A DNA stretch of 22,489 nt from a virus (lineage: Duplodnaviria > Heunggongvirae > Uroviricota > Caudoviricetes), in the IMG/VR virus record IMGVR_UViG_2778261588_000007, positions 1 through 22,489 of that record, one strand, 5' to 3'. Below the pieces are notes generated by a model. It did not search any database and was not told the DNA's origin. It saw only the letters and a program-made list of their open reading frames with translations. Positions 21,557 through 22,489 of the stretch are shown piece by piece. The position numbers were made by a program, and so were the translations under genes. Numbering within the stretch: the first letter of the stretch is position 1; every line of letters begins with the position of its first letter.

Positions 21557-22489
21557 TTATGCTGGGTTTTTATCATTTTTCTTAATGTTTTCCGCACGTT
21601 CTGCTTTTTGGCGTGCTTCTGCTTTACGCTTGTTGCTCATGTCGTTACGAATCTGTGCATGACTCATTAACGCGAAGATAAAGGTGCCGCCGCAGATGTT
21701 CCCCGCTAAAGTAGGTAGTGCGAAGGGCCAGATGAAATCGCTCCAGTGCAGCGTGCCGTTAAACACCAGATAGAGGATTTCAACAGAACCGACAACGATG
21801 TGGGTGGTGTCACCCAGTGCAATAAGCCAGGTCATCAATATAATCACCACAATCTTTGCCGCACCCGCAGCAGGAAACATCCAAACCATAGTGGCGATCA
21901 GCCAGCCGGAAATGATCGCGTTGGCAAACATCTCGCTGGGGGTGTTCTTCATCACATCCATGCCGATTTTGACAAATGCATCGCGAGTTTCTTCATTGAA
22001 GATAGGCATATATTCAAATGCCCATGCAGCAATACCTGTCCCGAGAATATTACCCAGCAGCACGACGCCCCATAATCGCATAAGTAAGCCGACGTTGCTC
22101 ATTGTCGGTTTTTGCATGACGGGTAGTACCGCAGTCACGGTGTTTTCGGTAAATAATTGCTGGCGGGCCATAATGACGATAATAAAACCAAAGGTATAAC
22201 CGAGATTCTCCAGTAAGAAGCTGCCTGGCACTCCTTCCAGTTCGACATGAAATATCCCTTTTGCCAGTAGCGAAGCGCCCATCGACAGACCCGCCGCAAT
22301 GGCTGACCACAGTAGCGCCATTGCGTCGCGTTCCAGCTCTTTTTCACCATCCTGGCGGATATGCTCATGAATTGCCATCGCCCGGGAGGGGAGTCGGTCT
22401 TCATCTATTTCTATTTTTTTGCCGCGCTCTTTTTCTTCGCTCTCAACTTCAATTTCGTCGCTGTGTTGATCAATTTTGTCGTTGTCCAT
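21557..22489 (-). CDS. yfdC: inner-membrane formate/nitrite transporter family protein YfdC (chromosomal flank)
   Basis: 310 aa with an acidic N-terminus and six TM segments; matches remembered E. coli YfdC, which neighbours argW in K-12. Start codon is at the window edge. Confidence 0.85.
   Translation of the reverse strand: MDNDKIDQHSDEIEVESEEKERGKKIEIDEDRLPSRAMAIHEHIRQDGEKELERDAMALLWSAIAAGLSMGASLLAKGIFHVELEGVPGSFLLENLGYTFGFIIVIMARQQLFTENTVTAVLPVMQKPTMSNVGLLMRLWGVVLLGNILGTGIAAWAFEYMPIFNEETRDAFVKIGMDVMKNTPSEMFANAIISGWLIATMVWMFPAAGAAKIVVIILMTWLIALGDTTHIVVGSVEILYLVFNGTLHWSDFIWPFALPTLAGNICGGTFIFALMSHAQIRNDMSNKRKAEARQKAERAENIKKNDKNPA

Noticed and set aside
21746-22404. Several ORFs on both strands overlapping yfdC
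   Set aside because: Alternative frames or antisense of a conserved membrane-protein gene.

Overview
This window holds most of the late (virion) region of a P22-like podovirus prophage integrated next to the tRNA-Arg(CCU) gene argW in an E. coli/Shigella-type chromosome. Identifications rest on reading the supplied translations against remembered P22 and E. coli K-12 protein families; no database search was run. From left to right: the 3' part of an IS21-family element (istB) inserted into the 5' end of the small terminase gene; then a tightly packed + strand operon in P22 gene order (large terminase, portal, scaffold, coat, small EP-repeat ORF, gp4, gp10, gp26 tail needle, gp14, ejection proteins gp7/gp20/gp16). 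Next comes a minus-strand pair, an Mnt-like ribbon-helix-helix repressor and a secreted lipoprotein, at the position where P22 carries sieA/immI, with no arc/ant. The tailspike follows, with a P22-like head-binding N-terminus and a divergent receptor-binding domain, then a bidirectional terminator, an AT-rich O-antigen glucosylation operon (gtrA, gtrB, type-specific gtr), a tyrosine integrase, argW and the chromosomal gene yfdC. The most interesting candidates are the Mnt-lipoprotein module (possible superinfection exclusion), the IS-disrupted terminase and the gtr module with GATC sites in its promoter region. No CRISPR array or rRNA was seen.
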